This document shows positions 1-9,708 of a stretch of 64,000 nucleotides of DNA, piece by piece (position 1 is the stretch's first letter; every line of letters begins with the position of its first letter). The position numbers and the translations under genes were made by a program. Under the pieces are notes generated by a model. The model ran no database searches. It saw only the letters and a program-made list of their open reading frames with translations, and was not told where the DNA came from. The DNA is from Candidatus Omnitrophota bacterium (GTDB lineage Bacteria; Omnitrophota; Gorgyraeia; Duberdicusellales; 4484-171): assembly GCA_003154195.1 (NCBI GenBank), contig PMCS01000008.1:15366-79365 (forward strand). The letters are read 5' to 3'.

Positions 1-138
1 TATCCGATAAAGAAAAATATTTGTTACTATTTTAATAATAGTAACACAATCTGTTTATGCGTCAATAACAATTAATTTTAGATACTTCCTCTCCGTTCCC
101 ACTGTTCCGTTATAATTTCCTTATCCGCGAAGCGGACA

Positions 139-173
139 TATTTATTTTTTCCGGCTTGCCGGAAAAAATAAAT
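139..173 (-). terminator. Hairpin 3' of the CBS gene: tttattttttccgg cttg ccggaaaaaataaa
   Basis: Perfect 14-bp arms at 141-154 and 159-172 with a 4-nt loop, abutting the stop codon of the minus-strand ORF 173..628. The stem runs are A/T-rich. Confidence 0.5.
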
Positions 174-628
174 CAATACACTTTCCCCTGAGCAATCGCG
201 CGAACGATATCTTTCTTGGTAACAACGCCAACCAGCTTGTTGCCTTTTACGACCGGATAATAGTGGATATTCCGTTCGATTATCATCGTGGCGACATCCT
301 CTACGGAATCTTCCGGAGAAATAAACAGGCAATCTTTCTCCATAATCCCTTCGACGCTGGTTGCGGCAATCCGCTTCATCTCCGCTTCGAATTTTTTCTC
401 GCCCAACGTTAAATATCCAGTAAAAAAAGCGATAAAAGTCGGCAGGTGCACTTTTTTATCCTGGAAGATCAGGCTTTCCTCTAAAACTATCCCAATACAT
501 TTACCGCTCGAATCCACTACCGGCGCGCCGCTTACGTTTTTATCGACCAATAACTTAGCCAAGTCACGTATATTAGCCTGAGGTGTCACGCTGAAAACTT
601 CCTTAGTCATTATTTCGCTTACTTTCAT
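173..628 (-). CDS. CBS-pair domain protein
   Basis: 151 aa. Two CBS-like segments: EIMTKEVFSVTPQANIRDLAKLLVDKNVSGAPVVD and EGIMEKDCLFISPEDSVEDVATMIIERNIHYYPVV. Confidence 0.65.
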   Translation of the reverse strand: MKVSEIMTKEVFSVTPQANIRDLAKLLVDKNVSGAPVVDSSGKCIGIVLEESLIFQDKKVHLPTFIAFFTGYLTLGEKKFEAEMKRIAATSVEGIMEKDCLFISPEDSVEDVATMIIERNIHYYPVVKGNKLVGVVTKKDIVRAIAQGKVY

Positions 629-731
629 CTCCTACCTCCCGATTGTTATCGCAGTCTTTAAAAACATTACCTGTTTTTTATTCGCGTAGTTCGCTCAATT
701 CGTTGTTAAAAATTATTTTGCCTTTATTCCT

Positions 732-1130
732 TTAATAAAACTCTAAGCTTGTAACTGCCTGCTTTATATTTTCAAAATCCTTATCATTATGCAATAATTT
801 TAAATCCTGCTCCAGAACTATTTGCGCAATGATACAATCTACTGAACTGCGGACGGTTATCCCCTTCTTCCGGCAGTGAAAATAGATATTAGCGGCTTGC
901 GCGTATGAATCTTTTTTATCGAGAGGGGAAAAAAATGTGAAAGTATCAAGATACTTCTTCAAAACATCGAAATCTTTTTGGCTGGACGCGCCCTGAAGCA
1001 GTTCTTGATAAATATGACTGGTTATTCCGAACGGTATATTCAAATCGATGATTTCAGTAAATTTATCCGTGGCCGGATTTTTAATATCTTTTAGAAAATC
1101 AATCAGAACTGAAGTGTCGACTAAAATCAT
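732..1130 (-). CDS. vapC: PIN-domain toxin (VapC-like)
   Basis: 132 aa. N-terminal MILVDTSVLIDFL with later acidic residues typical of PIN. Lies 4 bp downstream of a small antitoxin-like ORF. Confidence 0.65.
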   Translation of the reverse strand: MILVDTSVLIDFLKDIKNPATDKFTEIIDLNIPFGITSHIYQELLQGASSQKDFDVLKKYLDTFTFFSPLDKKDSYAQAANIYFHCRKKGITVRSSVDCIIAQIVLEQDLKLLHNDKDFENIKQAVTSLEFY

Positions 1131-1133
1131 AAA

Positions 1134-1331
1134 TCAGCCCTTCCTTAACGCTTTATAATCATAATCTTTTCTAAAAGATATTTTTCCCCTTAATTCCCTT
1201 AGATCTAAACGACTGTGGTTTCTGATAAACTCCAACAAAGCAGTCGCAATCAGCTCTTTCTTGGTATGGGCATGAGATATTTTTAAAGCTTTCTTAATTA
1301 AATTATCGTCTAATACTATATTTGTACGCAT
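1134..1331 (-). CDS. vapB: VapB-type antitoxin
   Basis: The ORF runs 1134..1367, but the likely start is the internal Met of MRTNIVLDDNLIKKALKISHAHTKKELIATALLEF, a ribbon-helix-helix-like antitoxin N-terminus. It sits immediately upstream of the PIN gene. Confidence 0.55.
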   Translation of the reverse strand: MRTNIVLDDNLIKKALKISHAHTKKELIATALLEFIRNHSRLDLRELRGKISFRKDYDYKALRKG

Positions 1332-1424
1332 CGCTATACACCTCCTCGTACACATAGGATAACACATAGATTAAATATATCAAGACTTTAAAGTTTTGCG
1401 AATAATTATCATTTCCCTTGCGTG

Positions 1425-1645
1425 CTTTGCCAGCCTCGCATAGCTCGCCTTGCGGCGTCCGCCTCGGCGAGTCTTCGGCCCTCGGCTTCGCCGCGAGGCG
1501 AGCGAGACGGGAAGCCGAGGGCTCGTCTAGGCGGGCGCCTTGGCGGAAAAAAATATTTCCAATCTGAGAAAGTCAGCCGCTTAGGCGGCCATATAGACTA
1601 CACCTTGGACTTCCCCGGTACTCCGGGAAGTCTGTGGACAAAATT
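1425..1645. repeat. Two-module intergenic repeat, copy A (GC-rich module Y then double-hairpin module X)
   Basis: Y spans about 1425-1560 (ttgccagcctcgc...gaagccgagggctcgtctaggcgggcgcc...atatttcc). X spans about 1561-1645 (aatctgagaaagtcagccgcttaggcggccatatagactacaccttggacttccccggtactccgggaagtctgtggacaaaat). Both modules recur at 4555-4745 in the opposite order. Confidence 0.8.
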
Positions 1646-1657
1646 CGCAGTTCCCCT

Positions 1658-2113
1658 TTATCCTATCTTTAAAATCCAAATCCCAGCAACAATCAAAATC
1701 ACCCCCACAAATTTCACCGGCGTCCAGGCTTCGCCTAAAATGATAATGCCGATTAAAAAGGTCAGAAACGGATAACTGCCGGAGATGGGAACGATGCGGG
1801 AAATGTCGCCGGATTTTAACGCGTTATAAAAACAAATCTGGCCCAGGATACTGGCCATAAACCCGGCCAAAATAAGCAATACCATCGGTTTGGCGCCGAC
1901 GGATTTGATCTCCGAAGGCTTAACCATAAAAGGGAGCAACAGGACTAATCCCAGCAGAACCCCCAGGGAACGATAAAACAATCCGGCCAGGGCGCTGGCT
2001 TTAGCCAGGCCTAATTTTTCCAGCAACGGAACAAAACCCCAAATTAACGCGGCCAACCCCGCCCAGTAAAAAGATGTCATAAGTTTATAAAGTGTTGGGC
2101 CCGTTGAGTCCAT
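1658..2113 (-). CDS. EamA/DMT-family small membrane transporter
   Basis: 151 aa with four or five hydrophobic helices. The true start is probably the internal Met at about 2080, because the first codons overlap the intergenic palindrome. Confidence 0.5.
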   Translation of the reverse strand: MDSTGPTLYKLMTSFYWAGLAALIWGFVPLLEKLGLAKASALAGLFYRSLGVLLGLVLLLPFMVKPSEIKSVGAKPMVLLILAGFMASILGQICFYNALKSGDISRIVPISGSYPFLTFLIGIIILGEAWTPVKFVGVILIVAGIWILKIG

Positions 2114-2195
2114 TGAGCCGGTTGCATAGTTAACAATGAATCTTTTAACACATTTAACGGGCTAAACTGGCTCAACCGGCCAAGCAGGCTAAACT
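2098..2195. repeat. Intergenic word-palindrome (cccgtt / gagccggtt family)
   Basis: Left arm cccgttgagtccattgagccggttg. Right arm taacgggctaaactggctcaaccggccaagcaggctaaac. Confidence 0.7.
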
Positions 2196-2198
2196 AAT

Positions 2199-2921
2199 TT
2201 AAATAACTATCCCCTTAAATAACTCCTTCTCTATCGCGATAATCTCATTAATGCCCTTCTTGCCCAAAGCCAGCAAGTCGCTTAGATCTTTCTCGTTAAA
2301 CGATCCATGCTCGCCGGTTCCCTGCAGCTCGATAAATTCTCCGCTTGATTTCATCACGACATTCATATCCACTTCCGCGGCAGAATCCTCATCGTAATCC
2401 AGATCCAACATGTATTTACCTTTGATGATCCCCACGCTGATCGCCGCTAAATAATCGGTAATACATATTTCCGGGATTTTTTTTGATTTATAAAGTTTAT
2501 CCATGCAATCAACCAGAGCCACAAATCCTCCCACAATCGATGCCACGCGCGTGCCGCCGTCAGCCTGCATCACGTCGCAATCAATGACAATGGTGCGCTC
2601 GCCGATTTTATTCATCAACGTAACATTGCGCAAGGCTCTGCCCACCAAACGTTGTATCTCCATGGTGCGCCCCGATAATTTATCCCGCTCGCGCTGGATG
2701 CGGGTATTGGTAGAGCGCGGCAGCATCCCGTATTCGGCGGTCAACCACCCTTTGCCGGAATTACGTAAAAACGGCGGGACTTTTTCGTCCACCGACGCGG
2801 TGCAGATAATCTTGGTATTGCCGAATTCGATAAGGCACGACCCCTCGGCGTGCTTGATAAAATTTCTGGTGATGTTGACTTTCCTTAGCTGGTCGAACAA
2901 TCGGTTGTCATTACGTTTCAT
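2199..2921 (-). CDS. rph: Ribonuclease PH
   Basis: 240 aa. Conserved RNase PH segments [19 protein letters not shown] and AISVGII. Confidence 0.88.
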   Translation of the reverse strand: MKRNDNRLFDQLRKVNITRNFIKHAEGSCLIEFGNTKIICTASVDEKVPPFLRNSGKGWLTAEYGMLPRSTNTRIQRERDKLSGRTMEIQRLVGRALRNVTLMNKIGERTIVIDCDVMQADGGTRVASIVGGFVALVDCMDKLYKSKKIPEICITDYLAAISVGIIKGKYMLDLDYDEDSAAEVDMNVVMKSSGEFIELQGTGEHGSFNEKDLSDLLALGKKGINEIIAIEKELFKGIVI

Positions 2922-3119
2922 TATACTCTCCTTTTATTTAGCCACTGATTAACACTGATTTCCACGGATTATTTTTTCCCGCCAAAGCGTAAAGCGCGCA
3001 AAGGTAAAATACAAAAATATTTTAACCACCCGTTCGCCTGGCTCTGCCAGGCTCACTAGATTACACAGATTTTCACAGATAGATTAAAACCAGTAAAACC
3101 AGATTTTTAAAAATATGCC

Positions 3120-3250
3120 CTTCGTAAACTTCGTATTCACGATTAATATTTCTTGTATTTATCAGTGAAATCAGTGTAATCTCGTGGTTGCAAATATTTG
3201 TTTTTCTGTATTCTCCGTGCCCTCTATGTCCTGTGGTAAATATTTTATCT
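3120..3250. repeat. Intergenic repeat, copy 1 (cttcgt.aacttcgt ... gtgccctct.tg.cctgtggt.aaat.ttttatct)
   Basis: Shares about 130 bp of collinear similarity with 5895-6050. Confidence 0.6.
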
Positions 3251-3257
3251 TTGTTTC

Positions 3258-4556
3258 TTAGTTTTTATTCCACTCCTCTTTATAAAAATAATACGCCTTT
3301 TTAAGGCGACGCAGGAATGGCGAGTTTTTGCCATCACCCTGGGAACAAACGCCGAGCCATTCGTCATTAACCCAGGCATCATTCATCGGCCCTTGCCAAG
3401 CGCCGATTACGGTATCGTGCTCATCAAGTTTGCCGCAAAACCACCAGCCGTCGAGCCAGTTATAGACAAAACCGCCGACCGAACAACCGCCGGAAGCGGC
3501 GGAATTTTTGGCCATATCGCGCCAGGCGCCTTTGTGGTAAAACGCCTGAAAATCTTCGTCTTCTTTTTGCTTACGGCTATCCCAGGAATCTCCGCCGTAT
3601 TCGGTGATCACCACGGCCCGGTCGAACCCGAAAAATTTTGGCTTACGGAACAGTGCGCCAAAGCCATACGGCCCGGTGTAACTGTTAAATCCTAAAAAAT
3701 CTATTGCCGGAGTATATTTTTTATAATAGGGCAACATCGCCTCAAGAGCGTTGCTTACGCCAACCGGATGATTTTTATCAAGTTGATGGATCATCTCGGC
3801 TACCTTGTTCACAAAGCGCGCGAATTCTCCCGGGCGCTGGCGGGCATTGGTATTGTTGAAAGTAGAATTTTCTTTACTGCCTACGGCGTCGTTTTCGTTG
3901 CCCAGCAGCCACATCAGGATATACGGCTCGTCTTTAAATTCAACAACCATCTTCCGGACGTCTTCAAGCATGCTCTCCAAATGCTTGGAGTTGGTATAGT
4001 CGGTCCCCTCTTCCCAGCTCGCGCCGGAACCACGCGTATAGGCGCCTAAAAAATTACCCATCATCACCATAATCCCGTATTTTTTATATAAATCGCGCAA
4101 CAATTCTTTATTGATGTTATCGGGATGATAAATCCGCAAGGTATTGGCGCCCATCTCTTTCATCAATTGAAAATCGCCCACCGCCGGTTCATCTTTATCC
4201 TGGATATTGTTTCCATTCTTGTCTACCCATGATTCATAGGCAACATCATTAATGCCGTTGTGGTTATAATCGTAATTCATCCACATATTGGACGCGGTAA
4301 GCCGCTCGCCGACCTTAATCGGGTCGGTGCATAATCCTTTAATAAAATAAGGATTATTGTCGACTAAAATCTGCCAGCCGCCGTTATCATACTTGACCAA
4401 TCGCACCCGGCCTTTACCCCGCTGTTCGACGATTTTTAGCTTTTGCGCGGGATAAGCCGCGGGAATCAAACCAACACCAAATATCCAACAACAAAAAAAA
4501 CTAAGAATAATCTTCATTTTTATATTTTCCATACCCTTTTTCTTAATCTGTAACAA
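3258..4556 (-). CDS. Secreted clan GH-A (TIM-barrel) glycoside hydrolase, GH2/GH5-like
   Basis: Signal peptide MKIILSFFCCWIFGVGLIPAAYPA, so the real start is probably about 4517. Acid/base LLGNEND and nucleophile VITEYGGDSW motifs. Confidence 0.5.
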   Translation of the reverse strand: MLQIKKKGMENIKMKIILSFFCCWIFGVGLIPAAYPAQKLKIVEQRGKGRVRLVKYDNGGWQILVDNNPYFIKGLCTDPIKVGERLTASNMWMNYDYNHNGINDVAYESWVDKNGNNIQDKDEPAVGDFQLMKEMGANTLRIYHPDNINKELLRDLYKKYGIMVMMGNFLGAYTRGSGASWEEGTDYTNSKHLESMLEDVRKMVVEFKDEPYILMWLLGNENDAVGSKENSTFNNTNARQRPGEFARFVNKVAEMIHQLDKNHPVGVSNALEAMLPYYKKYTPAIDFLGFNSYTGPYGFGALFRKPKFFGFDRAVVITEYGGDSWDSRKQKEDEDFQAFYHKGAWRDMAKNSAASGGCSVGGFVYNWLDGWWFCGKLDEHDTVIGAWQGPMNDAWVNDEWLGVCSQGDGKNSPFLRRLKKAYYFYKEEWNKN

Positions 4557-4745
4557 TCTGAGAAAGTCAGCCGCCTAAGCGGCCATATAGATTACACCTT
4601 GGACTTCCCCGGTACCCCGGGAAACCCGTGGACAAATTTTTAGGTTTTTCTTTGCTGACTTTGCCAGCCTCGCCTAGCTCGCCTCGCGGCGAAGCCGAGG
4701 GCTCGTCTAGGCGGGCGCCTTTGCGGGAAAATATTTTTCCTTCCC
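4555..4745. repeat. Two-module intergenic repeat, copy B (X then Y)
   Basis: X spans 4555-4640 and Y spans 4655-4745. Both are near-identical to 1561-1645 and 1425-1560 respectively, with the module order swapped. Confidence 0.8.
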
Positions 4746-4755
4746 TCACCTTCCA

Positions 4756-5316
4756 TCAATCATCCTTAGCTATATTCTCCGCCAGCATGTTGCAGAACAA
4801 AAGCCCCTGCTCAATGGCATCCTCCAGGGCAACATGGGACTTGCGGCTCACATCAAACCAGCGCTTGGGCATATTTTTTTTGCGTATGGAATGAAAATCT
4901 TTTTTCAGCATTGCCATGGCATAGGTTTTTATATCCAGAGAAGAGAAAGAAAACGGGCTTTCCCCGGTAAATTTTATCAGGTACCAATATATATAGGTAA
5001 AATCAAAACCGGCAGGGTAAGCGGTGAATACCGGCTTGCCGGGAAGTCTTTTCAACCACACCGAATAATCCTTCATCGCGCGGCGCGGCTCCTGCCGGTT
5101 TTCATGACAAGCCTTCCATGCCTCAGGGTTCTTTGCCCAAAACGCCATTGTATCCTTATCCTGTTTTGCGCCGGAAAGAGTTTTGAGGTTGGCAGCAAAA
5201 GTCCCCAGCATGGTTTTATCCGCCTTAAACGCCGCGGAGCCGAAACTGAGCATGGAATTAGCCCCGGGGATGGGGCCGTCGGCTTCGATATCCGTACTTA
5301 CGTATATTTCGCTCAT
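4756..5316 (-). CDS. DEDDh-type 3'-5' exonuclease-like protein
   Basis: 186 aa. Exo I-like [10 protein letters not shown] and C-terminal HVALEDA (H-x4-D). Confidence 0.45.
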   Translation of the reverse strand: MSEIYVSTDIEADGPIPGANSMLSFGSAAFKADKTMLGTFAANLKTLSGAKQDKDTMAFWAKNPEAWKACHENRQEPRRAMKDYSVWLKRLPGKPVFTAYPAGFDFTYIYWYLIKFTGESPFSFSSLDIKTYAMAMLKKDFHSIRKKNMPKRWFDVSRKSHVALEDAIEQGLLFCNMLAENIAKDD

Positions 5317-5381
5317 AATATTTTTACCACAATTTTTTCCCGCAAAAACGCGAAGTGCGCAAAGCTCGTTAAAAACAAATT

Positions 5382-5771
5382 CTATTTTCCGCTCAAAGCA
5401 CGACCATTAAGTATTGCAAGCACTTTATCCATAGAATTTGAGAATATTTTGATTTTTATCTTAGAATTATAACGAACTATATCAATATGGGGTCCTGACT
5501 TTTCAAACGATTCAATATCATCGTAAGGTATAAACGTAGTTCCCAAAAAAGAAACCACCAAAAATGTATCATAAAAAGCCACTCTGCCAGCTTGTATATT
5601 TCCTCCAGCCCACACCGGTATCATATCATTCTTGTAAGCTACATTGCATTTTTCCTGATGGAGCGGAATTTTACCTATTTCCTCTTTTATCTTTCTATTG
5701 GAAGAAAATAATACAAACAACAATACAAGACAAACTAAAATTAAAAACCCTACTGCCAATAAAGTTCCCAT
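5382..5771 (-). CDS. Hypothetical membrane-anchored protein
   Basis: 129 aa with an N-terminal transmembrane helix and no recognised motif. Confidence 0.3.
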   Translation of the reverse strand: MGTLLAVGFLILVCLVLLFVLFSSNRKIKEEIGKIPLHQEKCNVAYKNDMIPVWAGGNIQAGRVAFYDTFLVVSFLGTTFIPYDDIESFEKSGPHIDIVRYNSKIKIKIFSNSMDKVLAILNGRALSGK

Positions 5772-5894
5772 ACAGACACCCGAGATTTTTTAATTCTTCT
5801 ACCTTTGCGATCTTCGCGCCTTAGCGAGAAATTTTTTTATATTTTCATTCGCGCTATTCGCGTGATTCGTTGTTAAATTTATTTTTTGTATTTA

Positions 5895-6050
5895 TTTGAG
5901 AAATCTGGGGGCAGTATTTTGTTTCTCTTCGTGAACTTCGTGCCTTCGTGGTAAATCTTTTGGTTTTTCATCCTTCATCCATCTTCCCTCATCCTGCAGT
6001 ATCTCTCTATGAGCTCTGTGCCCTCTGTGGTGAAATTTTTATCTGCGTAA
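5895..6050. repeat. Intergenic repeat, copy 2 (paralog of 3120-3250)
   Basis: cttcgtgaacttcgtgccttcgtggtaaatctttt ... tctctatgagctctgtgccctctgtggtgaaatttttatctg aligns with 3120-3250. Confidence 0.6.
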
Positions 6051-6058
6051 TTTTGCGG

Positions 6059-6616
6059 TTACAAATCTTCGTACACGCTTTTACCCGCGGAATCAATCCC
6101 CACAATCACCGGAAAATCTTTTACTTCCAACCGGTAAATCGCTTCCGGCCCTAAATCGCCAAAAACAACGAGTTCATTTTTAACCACATGCCTGGCCAGT
6201 AACGCCCCACACCCGGCCGGCGCTAGGAAATAAACCGCTCGGTATTTTTTAATCAATTGCCTTACGTCCTTGCTTCTCCTTCCTTTTCCAATCATCCCCG
6301 CCAAGCCGCCTCGCAGAAGTGATTCGACAAACTCATCCATCCTGCGGGAAGTAGTCGGGCCGCAGGAACCGATGACTTTCCCCTTAGGCGTGGCGGTCGG
6401 GCCGCAATAATAAATAATCGCGCCGGCTAAATTGATGGGCAGTTTTTTACTGGCCTGGATTAAAGAAACCAGCCGTTGGTGCGCCTGGTCGCGGGCAGTA
6501 TAAATGACACCGCTCAATAAGACTTCATCACCGGCTTTAAGCCCCTCGATCTCCCTATTTTTAAACGGTACCTTTAATATTTTCATGTGATTTTTTACTT
6601 CTAGCTTATCTCTCAC
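6059..6616 (-). CDS. fumB: Class I fumarate/tartrate hydratase, beta subunit
   Basis: 185 aa. Fe-S hydro-lyase beta-subunit signature GVIYTARDQAH...YYCGPT...GKGRRS. Confidence 0.8.
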   Translation of the reverse strand: MRDKLEVKNHMKILKVPFKNREIEGLKAGDEVLLSGVIYTARDQAHQRLVSLIQASKKLPINLAGAIIYYCGPTATPKGKVIGSCGPTTSRRMDEFVESLLRGGLAGMIGKGRRSKDVRQLIKKYRAVYFLAPAGCGALLARHVVKNELVVFGDLGPEAIYRLEVKDFPVIVGIDSAGKSVYEDL

Positions 6617-6619
6617 TCG

Positions 6620-7507
6620 CTACTTTATCACTGCCGTTGCTCTCCGCAACGCATGGCAGCCTATATTCACTCCTACCGGCAAACCGGCAATATGTGTAGG
6701 TGCTTTCAAAATTTTTACCGCCAGCGCCGTGGTTTTGCCACCTAACCCCATCGGCCCAATCTCCAAACGGTTAATTTTTTCTAAAATTCTTTTCTCCATC
6801 GCAGCCAGATTGCCGTCGAAATTCGGCTTCGCCAAATCTTGCAGTAAAGCCTTTTTTGCCAATAGGAGCGCGCCGTCAGCAGTCGAGCCGATACCCACGC
6901 CCACAATAAACGGCGGGCAGCTTTCCGGCCCGGCGCGCCGGGCCGCGTCCACGATAAAATCTTCTATCGCTTCAATCGAAACGGTCGGATTAAACATCTT
7001 CAACGCCGATTTATTTTCACTGCCAAATCCTTTAGGTAAAATTGTGATTTTTAAACCTTTCACCCCGGGGATAAAATCAAGATGGATAACTGCGCCACCA
7101 TAAAAAGAAGCGCCGCGCTTAAGCGGGCCAACGGCGGAAGCGCGTAAATAGCTTTTCGCGTACCCCGACTCGATACCTTTCTTCACGGCTTCAATATCCC
7201 GGGCGCAAACCCGGATATCACTGCCCGCCTCTAAAAAAACTATCGGCAGCCCCGTATCCTGGCAAATCGCGAGATTTTCTTTTTTAGCAATCCGCGCGTT
7301 ATCTAAAATCCATCTCAGCGCCTGCTTAGCCCGCTTATTGGTTTCTACGCTATATGCTTTTTTAATCAACCGCGATACATCGGCGGGCAACTCAAAGGCA
7401 GCCCTTGCCACTATTTTTTCCACTTGTTTTTTTATCTTATCAATTTTCATCGTTGATATCACCGCCGAAATTTTTACATAGTAGAGCATGTAGAGCATAT
7501 AGAACAT
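6620..7507 (-). CDS. fumA: Class I fumarate/tartrate hydratase, alpha subunit
   Basis: Motif ICQDTGLPIVFLE...GIGSTADGA. The likely true start is MKIDKIKKQ at about 7450. Confidence 0.8.
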   Translation of the reverse strand: MFYMLYMLYYVKISAVISTMKIDKIKKQVEKIVARAAFELPADVSRLIKKAYSVETNKRAKQALRWILDNARIAKKENLAICQDTGLPIVFLEAGSDIRVCARDIEAVKKGIESGYAKSYLRASAVGPLKRGASFYGGAVIHLDFIPGVKGLKITILPKGFGSENKSALKMFNPTVSIEAIEDFIVDAARRAGPESCPPFIVGVGIGSTADGALLLAKKALLQDLAKPNFDGNLAAMEKRILEKINRLEIGPMGLGGKTTALAVKILKAPTHIAGLPVGVNIGCHALRRATAVIK

Positions 7508-7568
7508 GTAGAAAATATTTACTTGGCAATTCCCTACATTCTCTATATGGCCTGCATATGAATATTTT

Positions 7569-8234
7569 TTATTTTATACCTAATTTCTTATGAATCTGAG
7601 CGATAACCCGAACATCTACCCCATGCATACGGCAAAATGACTGGAAAAATAATAACTTAGGCCCCAGAATATCCTCGTAAGGATTCTGTGGTTGTAAAAC
7701 AAAAGGTATTTTTGCGTTAAGCGTATTCAAGATTTCGACGGCACGGGAAATATCGGTTATTTGAGTGTTTGGGCCGACAACTGCCTTTACAAATACTTCC
7801 TTCCCCAGCGCAACCTTTAAAAATTCCTGATGTTCATCCCAAAACGACCGGCCGCCGCCGGAAGACGGCAATTTAAAATCCATGGAAATCATATCGACAC
7901 AATCAATAATTTCTTTTAAATTATCCGGCGATGTCCCATTGGTCTCCAGGTATACCTTCTTACCACTATCCTGGATTTTTTTCGCCAATACCTTTAACAC
8001 CCCGGCCTGCAAAAGCGGCTCCCCACCGGTCAATGCTACCGCGCCATATCCGTCATATCCGGCAATCTGCCGGAAAACATCGTCAACCTCTTTTTCTTCA
8101 TAAGAAATAAGTTTTGTATCGCAATAAGAACAATCCAGATTACAGCCGTAGAAACGGACAAATACCTGCGGCCGGCCCTGGTAAATCCCCTCGCCCTGCA
8201 GACTTTTAAATATTTCCGATATCTTTGCTTTCAT
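7569..8234 (-). CDS. queE: 7-carboxy-7-deazaguanine synthase (radical SAM)
   Basis: 221 aa. Cluster motif CNLDCSYCDT and GGEPLLQ. Confidence 0.8.
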   Translation of the reverse strand: MKAKISEIFKSLQGEGIYQGRPQVFVRFYGCNLDCSYCDTKLISYEEKEVDDVFRQIAGYDGYGAVALTGGEPLLQAGVLKVLAKKIQDSGKKVYLETNGTSPDNLKEIIDCVDMISMDFKLPSSGGGRSFWDEHQEFLKVALGKEVFVKAVVGPNTQITDISRAVEILNTLNAKIPFVLQPQNPYEDILGPKLLFFQSFCRMHGVDVRVIAQIHKKLGIK

Positions 8235-8270
8235 TTTATAGGTTAATCCGAAAAACGCAATATTATAACC

Positions 8271-9704
8271 TTAAAGCAAATCAGCTACGATGCGGGAACC
8301 GGCGATCACTGAAGGTAAACCGCTGCCTGGTTGCGTGCTGCCGCCGACGTAATATAAACCTTTTAAATAATGATCATAATTTTTCGGCAGGGAAAAGATG
8401 TCTTGAACTAAATTATGAGAAAAACCGAATGTCGCGCCGTTATATAAATTGTAGCATTTCCTGAAATCATGGGGGTAAAATCTATGTTCTACCTCAAGCG
8501 AATCCTTTAAGTCCTGGCCGGAAATATCTTTTATCCGCGAGAAGACTGCATTGCGTAACCTTTCCCGGTGTTCTTCGATATTATCGCGCAGGTTCTCTAA
8601 ATTTGGCGCCAAAATCAGGATGCAAACTGTTTCCTTACCCGCCGGCGAAAGCGATGGATCGGTAACGGTAGGAACATAAACATAAAAAAATGGGTCCTGG
8701 GAAAATAGTTTTGTGTTAAAAACTTCCCGCAAATTCTTTCGCCAATCAGCGGGGAAGAAAAAATTATGATGTCCCAAGCCTTTAATTTTCCGGTTTAAGC
8801 CTAAATAAATCATCATTGCCGAACAGGAATATTTACGAGGCGTCAGCTTACGGCCAAGCAAATATTTTTGGGTATAATTATAATCAGCATTCACCACTAC
8901 TTTATCGGCCTTAACCGCACCGCGTTCTGTGTCCAGGATAAATTCAGAACCTTGTTTTCTGATGTTCTTTATGGCCTGGTTATAAAAAAGCTTCGCGCCG
9001 AATTTTTCCGCCATCTTCCTAAACGCCAAAGGAACCTGATACGTCCCGCCCAAAGAATGGAATATTTTCTGGCGATGGTCTAGATAAGTTATGATGCTGT
9101 AAAATCCCGGCGCGGAGAAGGGCGACGCGCCGACGAACAAAGACTGAAACGTAAACGCGTAACGAAGCTTTACGCTTTTAAAAAATTTCGAGACTACCTG
9201 CCAGTATGACTTATTCATTTTCAGGCCGGCGGCGATATTCCAAAACTTCGGGCTGAGCATATTCCCGGCGGAAAAACACCGATAGAACAAAGGGCGCAAC
9301 ACGCTGTCGATGCCTTGAGCTTCTTGTAGAAATCGGTCAAAACCCCGGCTGCCTCCCCGCTCTATTTTTTCTATTTCCTCCTTAGTCCTTTCACTATCCC
9401 GATAAATGTTCAATTGCGTTCCGTCGGCATAAAAAATTTTATAGGACTGGTCTAAAATCTTTAAGCTCAAATAATCATTTAGATTCTCGCCGCAGTATTG
9501 AAAAATCTCTTCCAAGAAATCCGGCATCATCACCAATGACGGCCCGGTATCGAATTTAAAACCTTTATCTTCGATAATATTGGCTACGCCGCCGCACCGA
9601 TCCAATTTCTCATAAACGCTGACGCGATAACCGTTTTTCGCCAGGCGCGCTGCCGCAGCCAACCCTCCCACTCCGGAACCGATAACTGCTATTTCATCTC
9701 TCAT
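8271..9704 (-). CDS. FAD-dependent oxidoreductase, phytoene-desaturase (CrtI)/amine-oxidase family
   Basis: 477 aa. N-terminal Rossmann IAVIGSGVGGLAAAARLAKNGYRVSVYEK, CrtI-like length and C-terminal YYVGGSTQPGSGLPSV. Confidence 0.65.
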   Translation of the reverse strand: MRDEIAVIGSGVGGLAAAARLAKNGYRVSVYEKLDRCGGVANIIEDKGFKFDTGPSLVMMPDFLEEIFQYCGENLNDYLSLKILDQSYKIFYADGTQLNIYRDSERTKEEIEKIERGGSRGFDRFLQEAQGIDSVLRPLFYRCFSAGNMLSPKFWNIAAGLKMNKSYWQVVSKFFKSVKLRYAFTFQSLFVGASPFSAPGFYSIITYLDHRQKIFHSLGGTYQVPLAFRKMAEKFGAKLFYNQAIKNIRKQGSEFILDTERGAVKADKVVVNADYNYTQKYLLGRKLTPRKYSCSAMMIYLGLNRKIKGLGHHNFFFPADWRKNLREVFNTKLFSQDPFFYVYVPTVTDPSLSPAGKETVCILILAPNLENLRDNIEEHRERLRNAVFSRIKDISGQDLKDSLEVEHRFYPHDFRKCYNLYNGATFGFSHNLVQDIFSLPKNYDHYLKGLYYVGGSTQPGSGLPSVIAGSRIVADLL

Positions 9705-9708
9705 ATTT

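Noticed and set aside
4834-5472. Plus-strand ORFs of 180-212 aa (4834..5472, 19103..19645, 57508..58086, 60138..60737, 45169..45633)
   Set aside because: Each lies antisense to a minus-strand gene with clear homology (exonuclease, Rrf2/ferredoxin, fabF, fabH, DHH). They have low-complexity or odd composition and no motifs, and are treated as shadow ORFs.
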